Positions 1 to 10,862 of a stretch of DNA of 64,000 nucleotides are shown here, piece after piece. The first letter of the stretch is position 1. Every line of letters begins with the position of its first letter. The DNA lies in NCBI GenBank assembly GCA_963727805.1, contig CAVSHF010000003.1:1568001-1632000 (forward strand), written 5' to 3'. The position numbers and the translations under genes are program-made. The notes below the pieces were generated by a model. That model worked only from the letters and a program-made list of their open reading frames with translations. It had not been told where the DNA came from and ran no database searches. This DNA is from an uncultured Nitrospiraceae bacterium. Its GTDB lineage: Bacteria; Nitrospirota; Thermodesulfovibrionia; Thermodesulfovibrionales; Dissulfurispiraceae.

Positions 1-3000
1 TCCGAGCAACTCTATGCTCTTGACCGCGTTCTCCACGCGCCCCTCCCGGATGATCTTGCCGTCGGCAGCCAATAGCAACACAGCGCCATCTTCACAACCT
101 ACAACTACGCAGGCCGATTGAGGAAAACCGCGTATTGCCGTAACAGACTTATCAAAGTGTTTTTGCCAGACGAGGTCTCCTTTTTCGTCAAAAGCATGCA
201 GCCAGCCATTTGCCAGGCCGACCACAACCATTTTACCTTTAGCGGCATTGGATGGTAATATCGCCAAACCGCGCACGAAATTCCTTGTTTCCTTCTTATC
301 AGGGCCGAAGTATTTTATCCACTTTGGTTCACCAGTGGCCCCGTTATACACTCGTAGTTCGTTCCAATGTCCGCTCAGGCTATAGATCACATCATCGGTT
401 CCATCATTATCGATATCTGTAACCACGAGGCTGCTTAGTCCTCTTTGCATCCATGCGTGCATATTCGTATAACCAGCTTCTATAGTCCAGTACATCTGAT
501 CGGAAACATTTTTATAGTTGCGGTTTATTCCGGTGAGCGAAGGATTTCCGGTGTATGATTTCCCAACAATTAGAAGGGGACCAGGATCAGGACGTCCAGC
601 CGTTCTCACAACTGCCAAAGATGTATTGTTGCCCCAATGTGTCGCAACCCTTCCCTTGAACTGCCCGCTCAAAGTGTAGAATTCAACCGTGCTCGGTCTG
701 CCTATCGCTATTTCATCTTCTCCGCTGTTCCATAAATCACTTACCAAGATGGAATAGACTCCAGTCATTTTGAACTTGGGTCCAGGATCAGTAAACCAGG
801 GGGCTTCGTATCTGTCCCCTATCTTAAAACTCGGATCGATCTGCGCTTTGACCTTCCAAAGCTCCTTTCCGTCCGCAGTATATGCAGCCAGTGAATCGTC
901 CCTTTTGCCCACGAGTAAGCCAAAGGCTTTCGCCTGCTTAGTGGTCCGTGGTGTCTGAAGGGAAAGGACATCTCCTTGAATGTCGATCGCCCCGATGGCG
1001 GCGCCCTGACTATTCAGTTTGAGCAGATTGGTCTGCCCGCTCCGCTCCTTAGCCACCCATACAGTTGCATCAATCTCGGCCGCCGCAGTCACAGATATTC
1101 GAACTTTGAGGTCCTGCATCCATTCTGGTTTCCAGGTTTCTGCGTTGGAGACTTTTATCTCTGGAGCCGGACCAGATGCATTCTCTTGGTCCGAAGTCCT
1201 GCTCAGCGCATCAAACAGCTCACTTAGCTTTCCATGCACACTCTCTGTCTCCGAATCAACCTTCAATTGTGTTCCCCCCGCACCTAGTTTCATTGGTATT
1301 GATCCGACGACCGCATTCACCTGGTTTTGTGAGCTCAACTTCATGTCGATATAGCCAGAATTCATATCCCAAAGCAGCGTGATGGGTGAATCCGACTGAA
1401 ACACGTTATATTCGCCAATAGAAAAATGCTTAGCCCTGCTCAAAAAGAGTCTGCCCCGGTCAAAATAAGCAAAATCGGCATCAATCAGCAGCTGACCCAA
1501 CGATAGTCTGCCCAAGCTAACAAAAGCCGATTCAGTGCCGGTCACGAGGTAAGCATTCGAAGTGAGTTGCTTCAATGCCTTGGGTTTCCGCTTGTCGTAT
1601 AGCATACCGCTGATAATGATACGGTCTTCCGGTTTGAGGTCTCTTGATAAATGCTCGTAAACCAACCCTCTGTCAGCTGAATCTGAGATGACCATGTTGT
1701 CAGTGGTAAGTAGGCTTAATGTCCCATAAAACGTGGCCTGCCTGGAAGATAAATCACCATGTTTTATCGGGCCCATCAGCCAATAGCGGGTAATGTCAAA
1801 CTGTCCCGCCTGTCTGGGTACAATTTTGTCAAAGATGATGGCCTTGTTCTTTGTGTACAAAAAATATCGCTTCCAGACAGATTCGGGCATGTCGGGCACT
1901 TCCGCTTCGATGTACGCCATATTTGCCGTGGCAAAAGAGTCCTTCAAGCCAGCAGTCCTGGCAACATGCGGGTCAACCATGCCGTTATAGAGAATTGAGA
2001 TATCATTCATATAGCCGACCAGTGTCCAGGTGCCGCCGAACATGCGAAGTTTTGTAATGTTATTCAGGTGGTTCGGATTTCTTCCAAGACCATTGAAGCC
2101 GTCGAAGAGGAAATAATCGTCAGTCTTGTCCAGCCCGGCCCTGAAAGAAAGTATCTGAAACGCTTCATCCGGCGGGACCGATGTCTGTGCATCCTTCCAA
2201 TCAGTTCGAGCCAGAGGGGCCACAGTAATGGTCCCGACAAGGTCAAGCGGTGCCTTGACTTCGAGATCATCTCCCGGCCAATAAGACTGGCCAATTCTGA
2301 AGACATCAAGGTCATAAGCCAGCTGCCGTACCATCCAGATATAGCGGCCGTCGTGGAGCATGTGTGCCGCTTTGTGCATGAGGCTAATGGATAGATATCC
2401 GCCGAAGTCGTCACCAGCGTCGCTGCCGTTCATCAATACTTCGAGGCCGCGCATCATGGTCTTGGCTGTCCCTGATGTAATAAACTCATCTGCGCCGTCC
2501 ATACAGAAAAAGTCCATGACCGGTTCTATCGAAGTGGAAACCCAGCCGAGCGTATCTCTCTCAGCCCATGTGGGATCTCCTATAAACGAGCGGAAGCCAT
2601 TTCTGACATTCTCTATTCTCTTTTGCCATATCGCGTCGGGATAATACCTCGCAAAGTAGCGGCTCCCCGTGTAGATGTTCATCATGTGCCACAATGCATG
2701 CCTGTCGCCATTAGGTGCAGAGAAACTGTTATTGGGATCGAGAACTAACTGGTGCTGGAGCAGCTTGTTTGTGATGAAAAGTCTTTCCTGGTCGTTGAAG
2801 AATGGACTGTTTTCGATAAGATTCCAAACGCAGTCAAGCAGGTGAGACCTGTAGTGATCGGACTTTGCTATAGGGTCCGCAGGATCGGAAAAAGCCGAAT
2901 CAGCACGGTTTATCGCTGGGATGTTATCCGGCCTTGGCATTGCCAACCGCTTGAAAGTGTCGAGATATTCTGTCTGTCCTGTCATGTAGTAAAGTATTCC

Positions 3001-3738
3001 TGCTACGCTTATTGGGTTCCAGCCAAAGAGAGTGCCGGGCAGGTATGCGTCTAGATTTGTCTTACGCCAAGAGTCTTGCCAGCTGAATACTTTCCAGGAA
3101 TTGGAAGCAGTATTTATTACAGGGGGATGCTCCATCCCCTTGCCGAGTTTGATTTTCATAGTCCAGCCGACACTCAATGACTTGCCAGGACCAAGCATGC
3201 CAATAAAAACTTTGCCAGCTTCAGAGACGCCTTGATCATCCGAGCCCCCAAGGAAAATCACATTGTGGCCCGTGCCGTAGGGATTATGGAGCGACCGCAC
3301 CACATGTCCGCCAGGTCCTGGGTATTTAATATCGAGAATAACGTACCACTGCCGGTATAGAGTCTCGATAAATTTATTTGTGCTGCAGTTTCCGATAGCA
3401 ATGACATTGTAATTTTGCAGAACCTTTTCAGGCATAGCATTTTCATCGTCATACACTTTCAGGTCGGCGCCCGTTGAGTCTAGAATCTTATCATGCACTT
3501 CCCTTGCAATCTCTACGTATCGACCATTTTTCGGCGCTACGATGATCGCCTTGGCTGCGCCCTTTTCAACCAGCAAGGTCTTCATGTGAAGATCCCTGAG
3601 CTGACTAATCACCTTGCCGGTATCGGCAAAAGCCGGCAGACTCGAACTTAAAAGCATGACTATAGCCAGCGTTAGTGGAAACACGTGAATATGCCTTTTC
3701 ATGTCATAGAACTCGTGCCGACTCATTAAAAAAAACAT
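1..3738 (-). CDS. Large secreted protein (>1230 aa, runs off the window); heparinase II/III-like region and C-terminal beta-propeller, putatively polysaccharide-active
   Basis: Absent from the ORF track because its stop lies outside the window. Both ends read in one frame: signal peptide MKRHIHVFPLTLAIVMLLSSSLPAFA (ATG 3702; in-frame ATGs at 3726 and 3738) and C-terminal FG-GAP/PQQ-like motifs (VTDIDNDGTDDVIYS; VGCEDGAVLLLAADGK). Function is inferred. Confidence 0.75.
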   Translation of the reverse strand, partial: MFFLMSRHEFYDMKRHIHVFPLTLAIVMLLSSSLPAFADTGKVISQLRDLHMKTLLVEKGAAKAIIVAPKNGRYVEIAREVHDKILDSTGADLKVYDDENAMPEKVLQNYNVIAIGNCSTNKFIETLYRQWYVILDIKYPGPGGHVVRSLHNPYGTGHNVIFLGGSDDQGVSEAGKVFIGMLGPGKSLSVGWTMKIKLGKGMEHPPVINTASNSWKVFSWQDSWRKTNLDAYLPGTLFGWNPISVAGILYYMTGQTEYLDTFKRLAMPRPDNIPAINRADSAFSDPADPIAKSDHYRSHLLDCVWNLIENSPFFNDQERLFITNKLLQHQLVLDPNNSFSAPNGDRHALWHMMNIYTGSRYFARYYPDAIWQKRIENVRNGFRSFIGDPTWAERDTLGWVSTSIEPVMDFFCMDGADEFITSGTAKTMMRGLEVLMNGSDAGDDFGGYLSISLMHKAAHMLHDGRYIWMVRQLAYDLDVFRIGQSYWPGDDLEVKAPLDLVGTITVAPLARTDWKDAQTSVPPDEAFQILSFRAGLDKTDDYFLFDGFNGLGRNPNHLNNITKLRMFGGTWTLVGYMNDISILYNGMVDPHVARTAGLKDSFATANMAYIEAEVPDMPESVWKRYFLYTKNKAIIFDKIVPRQAGQFDITRYWLMGPIKHGDLSSRQATFYGTLSLLTTDNMVISDSADRGLVYEHLSRDLKPEDRIIISGMLYDKRKPKALKQLTSNAYLVTGTESAFVSLGRLSLGQLLIDADFAYFDRGRLFLSRAKHFSIGEYNVFQSDSPITLLWDMNSGYIDMKLSSQNQVNAVVGSIPMKLGAGGTQLKVDSETESVHGKLSELFDALSRTSDQENASGPAPEIKVSNAETWKPEWMQDLKVRISVTAAAEIDATVWVAKERSGQTNLLKLNSQGAAIGAIDIQGDVLSLQTPRTTKQAKAFGLLVGKRDDSLAAYTADGKELWKVKAQIDPSFKIGDRYEAPWFTDPGPKFKMTGVYSILVSDLWNSGEDEIAIGRPSTVEFYTLSGQFKGRVATHWGNNTSLAVVRTAGRPDPGPLLIVGKSYTGNPSLTGINRNYKNVSDQMYWTIEAGYTNMHAWMQRGLSSLVVTDIDNDGTDDVIYSLSGHWNELRVYNGATGEPKWIKYFGPDKKETRNFVRGLAILPSNAAKGKMVVVGLANGWLHAFDEKGDLVWQKHFDKSVTAIRGFPQSACVVVGCEDGAVLLLAADGKIIREGRVENAVKSIELLG

Positions 3739-3822
3739 GCTTTAATTTTAGCCGTATCATCAGGTTTTGTTTGAAGTATCTTTATGCTGCAACGAGCGCT
3801 TTCATATAAAGAAAGCATCGTG

Positions 3823-4380
3823 CTAAAGTCCTTCCCTATCAATGTCCTCAATCCTGTATTTGCTGTTGACTATCGATAGGTGAAGAACAAGCTCTTCTTT
3901 TGAAAACCTACTAGATATCCTCTTCGCTGGATTCCCTCCATAGACGGAGTACGGCGACACATTTCTAGTCACTACAGCTCCGGCTGCGATTATTGCACCT
4001 TCGCCTATTGTCACTCCCTTCAAAATGGTAGACCCCATACCCACCATCACATCGTCCTCTATGATAATCGGAAGGTTTACCCCCCCGTCTTTAACATTGA
4101 TTAGGTACTCGCCTACTCTCGACATGTTATGATCTCCTCCTAAAATCCTTACGTAAGGAGAAATGATTGCGTAGTTGCCGATTGAAAGACTTGAAGGTTC
4201 GACTATAGAAATGTGACAATGTTTGCCAATAAAGCAGTTGTGACCTATTTTCATGCACCGCTTGTCAGCAAGGTGTGCTGTCGGGTTAATTCTTGTTCCG
4301 TTACCCAATTCAAGGAATTTACTACGACAGTATAAGAGATAAGCCTTTTGTAACACATACCTAAGCATATCCAAGAGCAT
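3823..4380 (-). CDS. Hexapeptide-repeat O-acetyltransferase
   Basis: PIIIEDDVMVGMGSTILKGVTIGEGAIIAAGAVVTRNV...GGNPAK left-handed beta-helix signature. Confidence 0.9.
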   Translation of the reverse strand: MLLDMLRYVLQKAYLLYCRSKFLELGNGTRINPTAHLADKRCMKIGHNCFIGKHCHISIVEPSSLSIGNYAIISPYVRILGGDHNMSRVGEYLINVKDGGVNLPIIIEDDVMVGMGSTILKGVTIGEGAIIAAGAVVTRNVSPYSVYGGNPAKRISSRFSKEELVLHLSIVNSKYRIEDIDREGL

Positions 4381-4391
4381 AGCTGACTCAA

Positions 4392-5525
4392 TCAGTCCAT
4401 GGAACGTGAAGTATCAGCTTCATACGTCGCGGCCTTTAGCAAAATAACACTTTTATATATCTCGAGATACCCTTCGTACATTCGCTCTATCGAAAAATCG
4501 CGGGCTCGCAAGAGGGACGCACGGGAATATCGGCTCCTCAATTCGTCGTCTCCAAGAAGCATGTTAATTTTGTCGGCAAGATCGAAAGCATTACCGGACT
4601 CGAACTGCAGCCCATCTCTGCCATTGACGACGATTTCCGCAGGTCCATCAATATTGGATACAATGACAGGCAACCCGCTGGCCATGGCTTCAACAATGGC
4701 CATGCCAAAACCCTCATGACGCGATGGAAGAACAAACAGGTCGGCATCGGCTAACAGTTCAGGCACGTCGTTTCTCACCCCCAAAAGTCTGATCTCTTCT
4801 GTCGATAGGCCTAATTCAACTATCATGCGCTTCAACATCTCGTCACTCGGACCTTCTCCAGCGAAGTCGCAACGAAACCGTAGACCTCTCTTCTTCAAAA
4901 TATAGAGCGCCTCAATCAATACATCCTGTCCTTTAATACGGTGATCAAGTCTTGCACAGCAAATAATTTTATAAGGTTCATTAAGCCTATGGATAAGGGG
5001 AAACTGTGTCAGATCGACTCCATCATATACCACTTTGATTCGTTCACTTTCACCGGTTCCATTTAAGAAAACTTCCTTTACCGACTGGCTAATAGCTATG
5101 AACTGGTCTGCGCGTTTGAGAGCCAGCCATTTCGATGCTCGATCAAAAATACTACGGGAATACAGATGCATCTCATGGATGGTAAACACGATTCTGATCC
5201 GAAAAAACAAAGAAGCGAAAAATCCCAATAAGAATCCCAATTTATTGTGAACATGTACGACATCGGGTTTCGTTGCTCTCAGGCATCTTCTTAGCTTGAG
5301 CGCATAATAAAGAATGTTCCATGGACGACCGGGCAACCTTCCCAGCTCAATCACTTTGCTACCTGTCTGCTCAATATATTTAACCATTTGCCTGTCCACT
5401 ACATCATTGATTATCACAATGATCAACCGGCTGTCGACAGAGGTCATAGTCACACGACATAGCATGCAGATCAGGTTTTCTATCCCAGCTTTTTTAAGAG
5501 AAGTTAGCAAATGAAGAACTATCAT
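4392..5525 (-). CDS. Glycosyltransferase family 4
   Basis: FVLPSRHEGFGMAIVEAMASGLPVI motif; start MIVLHLL overlaps the upstream stop (ATGA). Confidence 0.92.
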   Translation of the reverse strand: MIVLHLLTSLKKAGIENLICMLCRVTMTSVDSRLIIVIINDVVDRQMVKYIEQTGSKVIELGRLPGRPWNILYYALKLRRCLRATKPDVVHVHNKLGFLLGFFASLFFRIRIVFTIHEMHLYSRSIFDRASKWLALKRADQFIAISQSVKEVFLNGTGESERIKVVYDGVDLTQFPLIHRLNEPYKIICCARLDHRIKGQDVLIEALYILKKRGLRFRCDFAGEGPSDEMLKRMIVELGLSTEEIRLLGVRNDVPELLADADLFVLPSRHEGFGMAIVEAMASGLPVIVSNIDGPAEIVVNGRDGLQFESGNAFDLADKINMLLGDDELRSRYSRASLLRARDFSIERMYEGYLEIYKSVILLKAATYEADTSRSMD

Positions 5526-6298
5526 AATCGGCCTTTTGTTGCAAGCCTCTTCCCGATCACTTTTAGTGCATACCAAGCGATGCGTCTTTTTGTCCTAGCG
5601 CAGAACGGCGCATGATGGCGATGTAGAATGCGGTATATCTCGCCGAGGAAAGATAAACCTCCATTTACTGTCTTGGTTGAAGCATGCCACCTAAAAAATG
5701 CACAAACTCCACCAATATGACAGGCATCATGAGTATTCATTATACGCAACCAAAGATCCAAATCCATGGCAAAGCTTAGATTGGTATCAAGATACCCTGC
5801 CGCTTCCACAACGCTCCTCTTGTAAAAAGAACCTGGTTGATACACGTCGTAATCCGTTTTCAAAAGATAGTCATTGCTGATGGCAGGGTATGCCTTCTTT
5901 ATCTTGATTTTTTTACCGGCGTCGTCTATGAAAACTATGTCGCCATAGGTCAGTCCAACGCATTCGTTCTCCTTAAAAACTTTTACAGATTTCTCAACTA
6001 CGTCCTGAGCCAAAACATCATCTGAATTAATCCAGCCCACTATTTCGCCTTTAGCCATCCGGAACCCTTTCTCTATGGCATCAGCCTGACCATTGTCTTT
6101 TTCACGAACAATCTTAGACACACGCGGGTTATTCTCGTATTTGTCTAAAATAAGCAGCGTGTTGTCTGTCGATTCTGCATCGAGAATTATGTACTCTATA
6201 TACGGATAAGTCTGATTTATTACGCTTTGAATGGTTTCCTCGATGTAGTCACCCTGATTATAAGAGGGGGTTATAATGCTTACCAATGGGTATTTCAT
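5522..6298 (-). CDS. Glycosyltransferase family 2
   Basis: PLVSIITPSYNQGDYIEETIQSV, WINSDD, AMDLDLWLR motifs. Confidence 0.92.
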   Translation of the reverse strand: MKYPLVSIITPSYNQGDYIEETIQSVINQTYPYIEYIILDAESTDNTLLILDKYENNPRVSKIVREKDNGQADAIEKGFRMAKGEIVGWINSDDVLAQDVVEKSVKVFKENECVGLTYGDIVFIDDAGKKIKIKKAYPAISNDYLLKTDYDVYQPGSFYKRSVVEAAGYLDTNLSFAMDLDLWLRIMNTHDACHIGGVCAFFRWHASTKTVNGGLSFLGEIYRILHRHHAPFCARTKRRIAWYALKVIGKRLATKGRL

Positions 6299-6412
6299 AA
6301 AACCGGCTGTTCTACGCACGAGTAAGCAAGTTCGAACTCAATGCAACAGATATGGTCAAATGTAGAAGTCAAGATGCCAGGTTGGACCAATTTGTTTAAC
6401 CTGACACCAATT

Positions 6413-7794
6413 TTATATAAATAGGTCATCGCTAGTGGATTCTTTTTTTGTTTGCATGCATATGGTGTATCCGGCGAGAGCCAGACAAGGGATCTGAACA
6501 CCGCTAGACATTGCACTGGAGGCTATGGTACTGATCACCGTATATATAAATTGCAGAAAAAATGCACACTGATAATAATACAATGCACTATTATTAAAAT
6601 TCCTTCGAAACGATGTTACAACCACGGAAATCACAAAGATGAGCAATATGGCAAATCCTGTGATTCCGGTATTTATCAGTATGTTGCCCCAGGTAGCATC
6701 AGCCGAGTAAATCGTAAGATTAAAGTCGTTGCTATACTTATAATCATATTTGTCTGCACGAATGCTGCCTGAATGTGGTCGCAGTTTGAGCTGGTTATAA
6801 GCAATATCGTCATGCACAAATCCATACCCCATGAGCGGATTTGCCTGCATGACCATTGCGAAACGTTCCTGAACAATAGACAGCCTTCCAGTATATGAGT
6901 CATCCTTTTTTTTCGTTCCTGGAAATTCTGTCCCACATCCCCGGTTATTAATTGCAACCCGCTCAACGTCCTACTGATCATCTTATCAAGTTCCCCAGTA
7001 CTAACCAGTACCACGAAGGCCATGAAGGTGACTATACAGGATATCGTGAATTTTGTTGGTTGCAGTTTGCCATCCTTAATTAGAATAATTATCATCGTAC
7101 AGATAATGATCATCACCCCAAAATATACGCTGCGCGTGTAAGTTCCCATGATCACGACCACCATCAGGGCGAGATAGACATATTCGGCAACGGACAATTT
7201 CTCCCCGGAAAAATAACGAACAAGATGAAGCCAAGTGAACAATAAAGCATAGGCTAAAAACCCGGGGATGCTTCTCGTTAGGCCTTCATAGTCTCTCGTC
7301 AATGATTTGAGAACGGGGAAGTGTAAGAATGATTGAACGACGAAAAGAACGACAAATAAAAAGACCACACGAAATAACAACCTGAAAAATGGCTCGACTT
7401 CATAATTCTGAGACTTGAAGAACGATACATAGACAAAGTAGGTCATATATCCTAACAAAAGCTGCCGTGCCGTCTTGACAGTTGGGATTAATGGGTAATG
7501 GTACAAAGACCAGGCAAATTCGATCAGCATCCAAACAACAAATACTATCAATATTTTTTCATAGGCCAGTTTTCCATGCCGCTTCTTGTTGGAAGTCAGC
7601 AGCAGCTGTAAATAGGCAATAAACAGCATTATGATGCCAACATCCCACAGGTCTATGCCACCGATAATGTGTTCAACGAGATCAAAACACGAAGACATAA
7701 CGACTATCGCAAGCAAAATCTTGTATTTCATGCTAACAAACAGAAATAGCATACCAACGACTAGTGCAATCAGAATGATATATGGAGTCAACAT
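6413..7794 (-). pseudogene. Polysaccharide polymerase/O-antigen ligase-like membrane protein (Wzy-like), frameshifted
   Basis: Multi-TM ORFs 6676..7794 and 6413..6856 join across an A8 run at 6906-6913; the second frame continues DDSYTGRLSIVQERFAMVMQANPLMGYG. Confidence 0.7.
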
Positions 7795-8012
7795 TGATTT
7801 GCCTGTTTATTGCATTTTGATGTGGTGAGAACTTCGGAATATATATGCAGTGTTTTGTCGATAGCACTCTGCCAGTTAAACAATTTTGCATGTTCATAAC
7901 CCGATACATCCATATTCATTCTTAGCAATTCTGTGTTCAAAACCTCATAGCGCGGAGTTAGAAATAAAAACAGTGTAACGGTGATAACGCCGCATATTAA
8001 CAAGATATACAT
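7788..8012 (-). pseudogene. Relic of a GT4 glycosyltransferase (C-terminal helix only)
   Basis: EHAKLFNWQSAIDKTLHIYSEVL resembles the GT4 terminal motif (compare ERIKLFSWERCARETLKVYQNVL at 8797..9903); only 74 aa. Confidence 0.5.
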
Positions 8013-8015
8013 TGT

Positions 8016-8744
8016 CTAAAGCAGCGAATCGGACTTTAAAAACAGACCATTGACCTGCAATTGTTGCCCGGTTTTCGGATTAAAGAACTCAGGTTCGATA
8101 TACACGAGGGTAAATCCTTTTCTTTGCAGATAAATCACAAGCTCACCTAGCAATGGTTCGTCCCTATATAATGGCACTAACGACATTTCAAGCTGGATTG
8201 CCAATATCCGCTCCAATGATTGTTCAGCGCCTTGAATCACTTTCATTCCAAACCCCTGAGTGTCAATTTTGAGAAATAATCTATTGTCAGGACGGTAATA
8301 GTCATCAATGAGAGAGTCGATGGACCTTACGCCTATTTTTTCCGTCCCAATATATGCGGATTCGGGAGCTGTTTGAACGTGTGCCGGAAGCATTTCGAGC
8401 AGAGAACTACTCCAGGAGTTCCTGGAAATGTTAATCTCAGACGTGCCGTCGCTATTGCCGATGGCACAGTTTACAGCCTCCCACTTAGGATCGGTTGCGC
8501 AACGGTTTTTAAGCTTTACATAGGCGTTACTCAGCGGTTCGAAGGAAACAATGAGGCCTTCGTAGCCAAGAGATCTCATCTGCAAGCCATACTGCCCTTC
8601 ATTAGCGCCGATATCAAAGAGAAGGTTGATCCTCAAGTCATTTAAGAATTTCATCCTGACTGCCGATGAATCATACCTGAAGTCGTAAGATGAGATAACA
8701 CACCCTGCTCTGCGTAAAGCCCTTTTCAGCAATTGTTTAACCAT
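8016..8744 (-). CDS. FkbM-family methyltransferase
   Basis: FDIGANEGQY, SFEP, LKIDTQG motifs. Confidence 0.9.
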   Translation of the reverse strand: MVKQLLKRALRRAGCVISSYDFRYDSSAVRMKFLNDLRINLLFDIGANEGQYGLQMRSLGYEGLIVSFEPLSNAYVKLKNRCATDPKWEAVNCAIGNSDGTSEINISRNSWSSSLLEMLPAHVQTAPESAYIGTEKIGVRSIDSLIDDYYRPDNRLFLKIDTQGFGMKVIQGAEQSLERILAIQLEMSLVPLYRDEPLLGELVIYLQRKGFTLVYIEPEFFNPKTGQQLQVNGLFLKSDSLL

Positions 8745-8796
8745 TAGAAAAAATCTCCCTTATCAATTTTGTTCGTTTGGCCTTGGCCTGTTGCTG

Positions 8797-9903
8797 CTAA
8801 CCCTGCAGTACGTTTTGGTAAACTTTCAACGTCTCTCGTGCGCATCTCTCCCATGAAAAGAGTTTAATGCGCTCCCGTCCCTTTTCGGCAAGCAAGGAGG
8901 CATGCTCTGGTGATGAAGCTACCCTCTCGATCGCCATACGCATGTCATATTCATTAGCAGGATCGAAGAACTCTGCCGCATCGCCAACCACTTCTGGCAA
9001 ACAACTTGAATTGGCACAGACAACAGGACAACCAAATGCCATAGCCTCCAACGGCGACAGGCCAAACCCTTCGTATAATGAGGGATATATTAACAATGCC
9101 GCAGAAGCAAATAATCCCGCCAACATATCATCGCCACCGGACACATGGACAACTCTGGTCAGTGAGAGATTTAAAGACTCCATCAGGCCTAATTCGCGCG
9201 TTGTGAATGCACCTCCGCCAAAACAGATCAAGTTAAATTCATTCCTCAAGAAAGCAGAATCAGCATATGCGTGTAATAGCTTCCCGAAATTCTTGTATCC
9301 CGCTCGTCGACCGACATACAGGATGTGAGGATTTGATACAACAGCGTGTTGACTTGCCCATCCCTTCGAGCTAATCGAATAGCCCAGATATACAACTGAA
9401 GTCTTTTCTTCGGGCACACCCAGTATCTCGATTAGATCTCGTTGGGTATTTTGAGAAATGCAAATGACATGGTCCGCACGTTTCACAGCATGCGCCTTGA
9501 TCTGCAGCATCTTATCCCCACCTGGAAAGTTGTCTGCAAACTTCTCGTGAATCATGTCGTAAACCGTTATCAACCTCTTCGCTGAACGTGGGCAAACATC
9601 AGACAAGGAGTAATAAGTTTCATGAAAAATATCCACGTTCCGCCTCGGTTTTATCAGCAAATGAGCAGTAGTCAAGTTCACCCCGTTTATAAGACGTCTC
9701 ATTCGATTTGGACGGGAAATCTTGATGCCCATCGGACATAGCTTATTACTGTTATGGAAGTATTCATTGACATATAGCGGGGCAAATATCTTGACCTCAT
9801 GTCCCCCTATACCTGCCATATGATTGGCGATTTCGTAAATATATCTGGAAACGCCACCGTATTGTTGACAACTAATAATCTGGTAGTCGAAGTATATTCT
9901 CAT
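8797..9903 (-). CDS. Glycosyltransferase family 4 (MtfB-like)
   Basis: YPSLYEGFGLSPLEAMAFGCPV motif. Confidence 0.92.
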   Translation of the reverse strand: MRIYFDYQIISCQQYGGVSRYIYEIANHMAGIGGHEVKIFAPLYVNEYFHNSNKLCPMGIKISRPNRMRRLINGVNLTTAHLLIKPRRNVDIFHETYYSLSDVCPRSAKRLITVYDMIHEKFADNFPGGDKMLQIKAHAVKRADHVICISQNTQRDLIEILGVPEEKTSVVYLGYSISSKGWASQHAVVSNPHILYVGRRAGYKNFGKLLHAYADSAFLRNEFNLICFGGGAFTTRELGLMESLNLSLTRVVHVSGGDDMLAGLFASAALLIYPSLYEGFGLSPLEAMAFGCPVVCANSSCLPEVVGDAAEFFDPANEYDMRMAIERVASSPEHASLLAEKGRERIKLFSWERCARETLKVYQNVLQG

Positions 9904-10042
9904 CTTGACCTGTAAGATATTATGGGATAATCGCAGTTTAAATAAACTCGCATCACGAGTGTCTACGCATGCACTACAGCGTTACTATTTCTGAGTTTCG
10001 CTGCTTCGTGTGTATAATTTCTTATCAACCGTCCTACCTCGT

Positions 10043-10843
10043 TTATTCTTCTGCAAGCATGCGCGCGACTGCCTCGTTATAGTCGTTGGCAGTAAGTGAC
10101 TTGTTCTTGTAGATTTTGTTTAGCAACAATATTATAAAGGGCTTTTGCGTTATTAAGGAAAACAGGGTGTTCGAGATTTTTCGGGTCGTAAAAAGATGCA
10201 TCGACTTATTATTGGAAACCAGTTTTAGAGACAATGTTTCCGCTAGTATCTCAAGGCTTTTCCTGGTGAAAAAAGATATATGCTGCCCATGATCTTTCCC
10301 GAAATACCACCATTCGTCCAGCTTTGGATTGCCTGGTGGAAGAAGCATGGTGGTAAACAATATATTGTCTGCATAACTTTTCATCCGAGAAACTTCTTCC
10401 CGGGGATCCGCCAAATGCTCTAACACTTCAAAGCTGGTTAGTAGATCGAAGCTGCCTGACCCGGCATTAACAACATCATAGCCTTGAGCGAAGAGGTTCT
10501 CACAATACCTATCGTACCAGTAGAAATTGAATCCAATGTCGCGCATCATCCTCACAAATATACCGTAGCCTCCACCATGATCGAGAAACCTGCCATGCCC
10601 GTCACAGAACAAATTTAGCAGAGCACTTGATATATCTGCCAACTGTTTGTTTCTAGCCAAAATGCCTACGTCAGAATGATTGATGGCCTTCGCATACACT
10701 TCATCCAGCCAGAAGGGTTCTTCGGTCTGGATGAATCCGCAAGATCTGCACCTGAAATAACTGACATGATATTTATTCAGCAATTTCATCTTTCCATAAT
10801 AGTGAGAAAAACAATCACAAATCTTACATAAAACATCACCCAT
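10043..10843 (-). CDS. Class I SAM-dependent methyltransferase with N-terminal CxxC pairs
   Basis: CKIC...CRSCG, FLDHGGGYG, FEVLEHL, GQHISFF. Confidence 0.82.
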   Translation of the reverse strand: MGDVLCKICDCFSHYYGKMKLLNKYHVSYFRCRSCGFIQTEEPFWLDEVYAKAINHSDVGILARNKQLADISSALLNLFCDGHGRFLDHGGGYGIFVRMMRDIGFNFYWYDRYCENLFAQGYDVVNAGSGSFDLLTSFEVLEHLADPREEVSRMKSYADNILFTTMLLPPGNPKLDEWWYFGKDHGQHISFFTRKSLEILAETLSLKLVSNNKSMHLFTTRKISNTLFSLITQKPFIILLLNKIYKNKSLTANDYNEAVARMLAEE

Positions 10844-10862
10844 GATGGACACCAAAGGCCAT

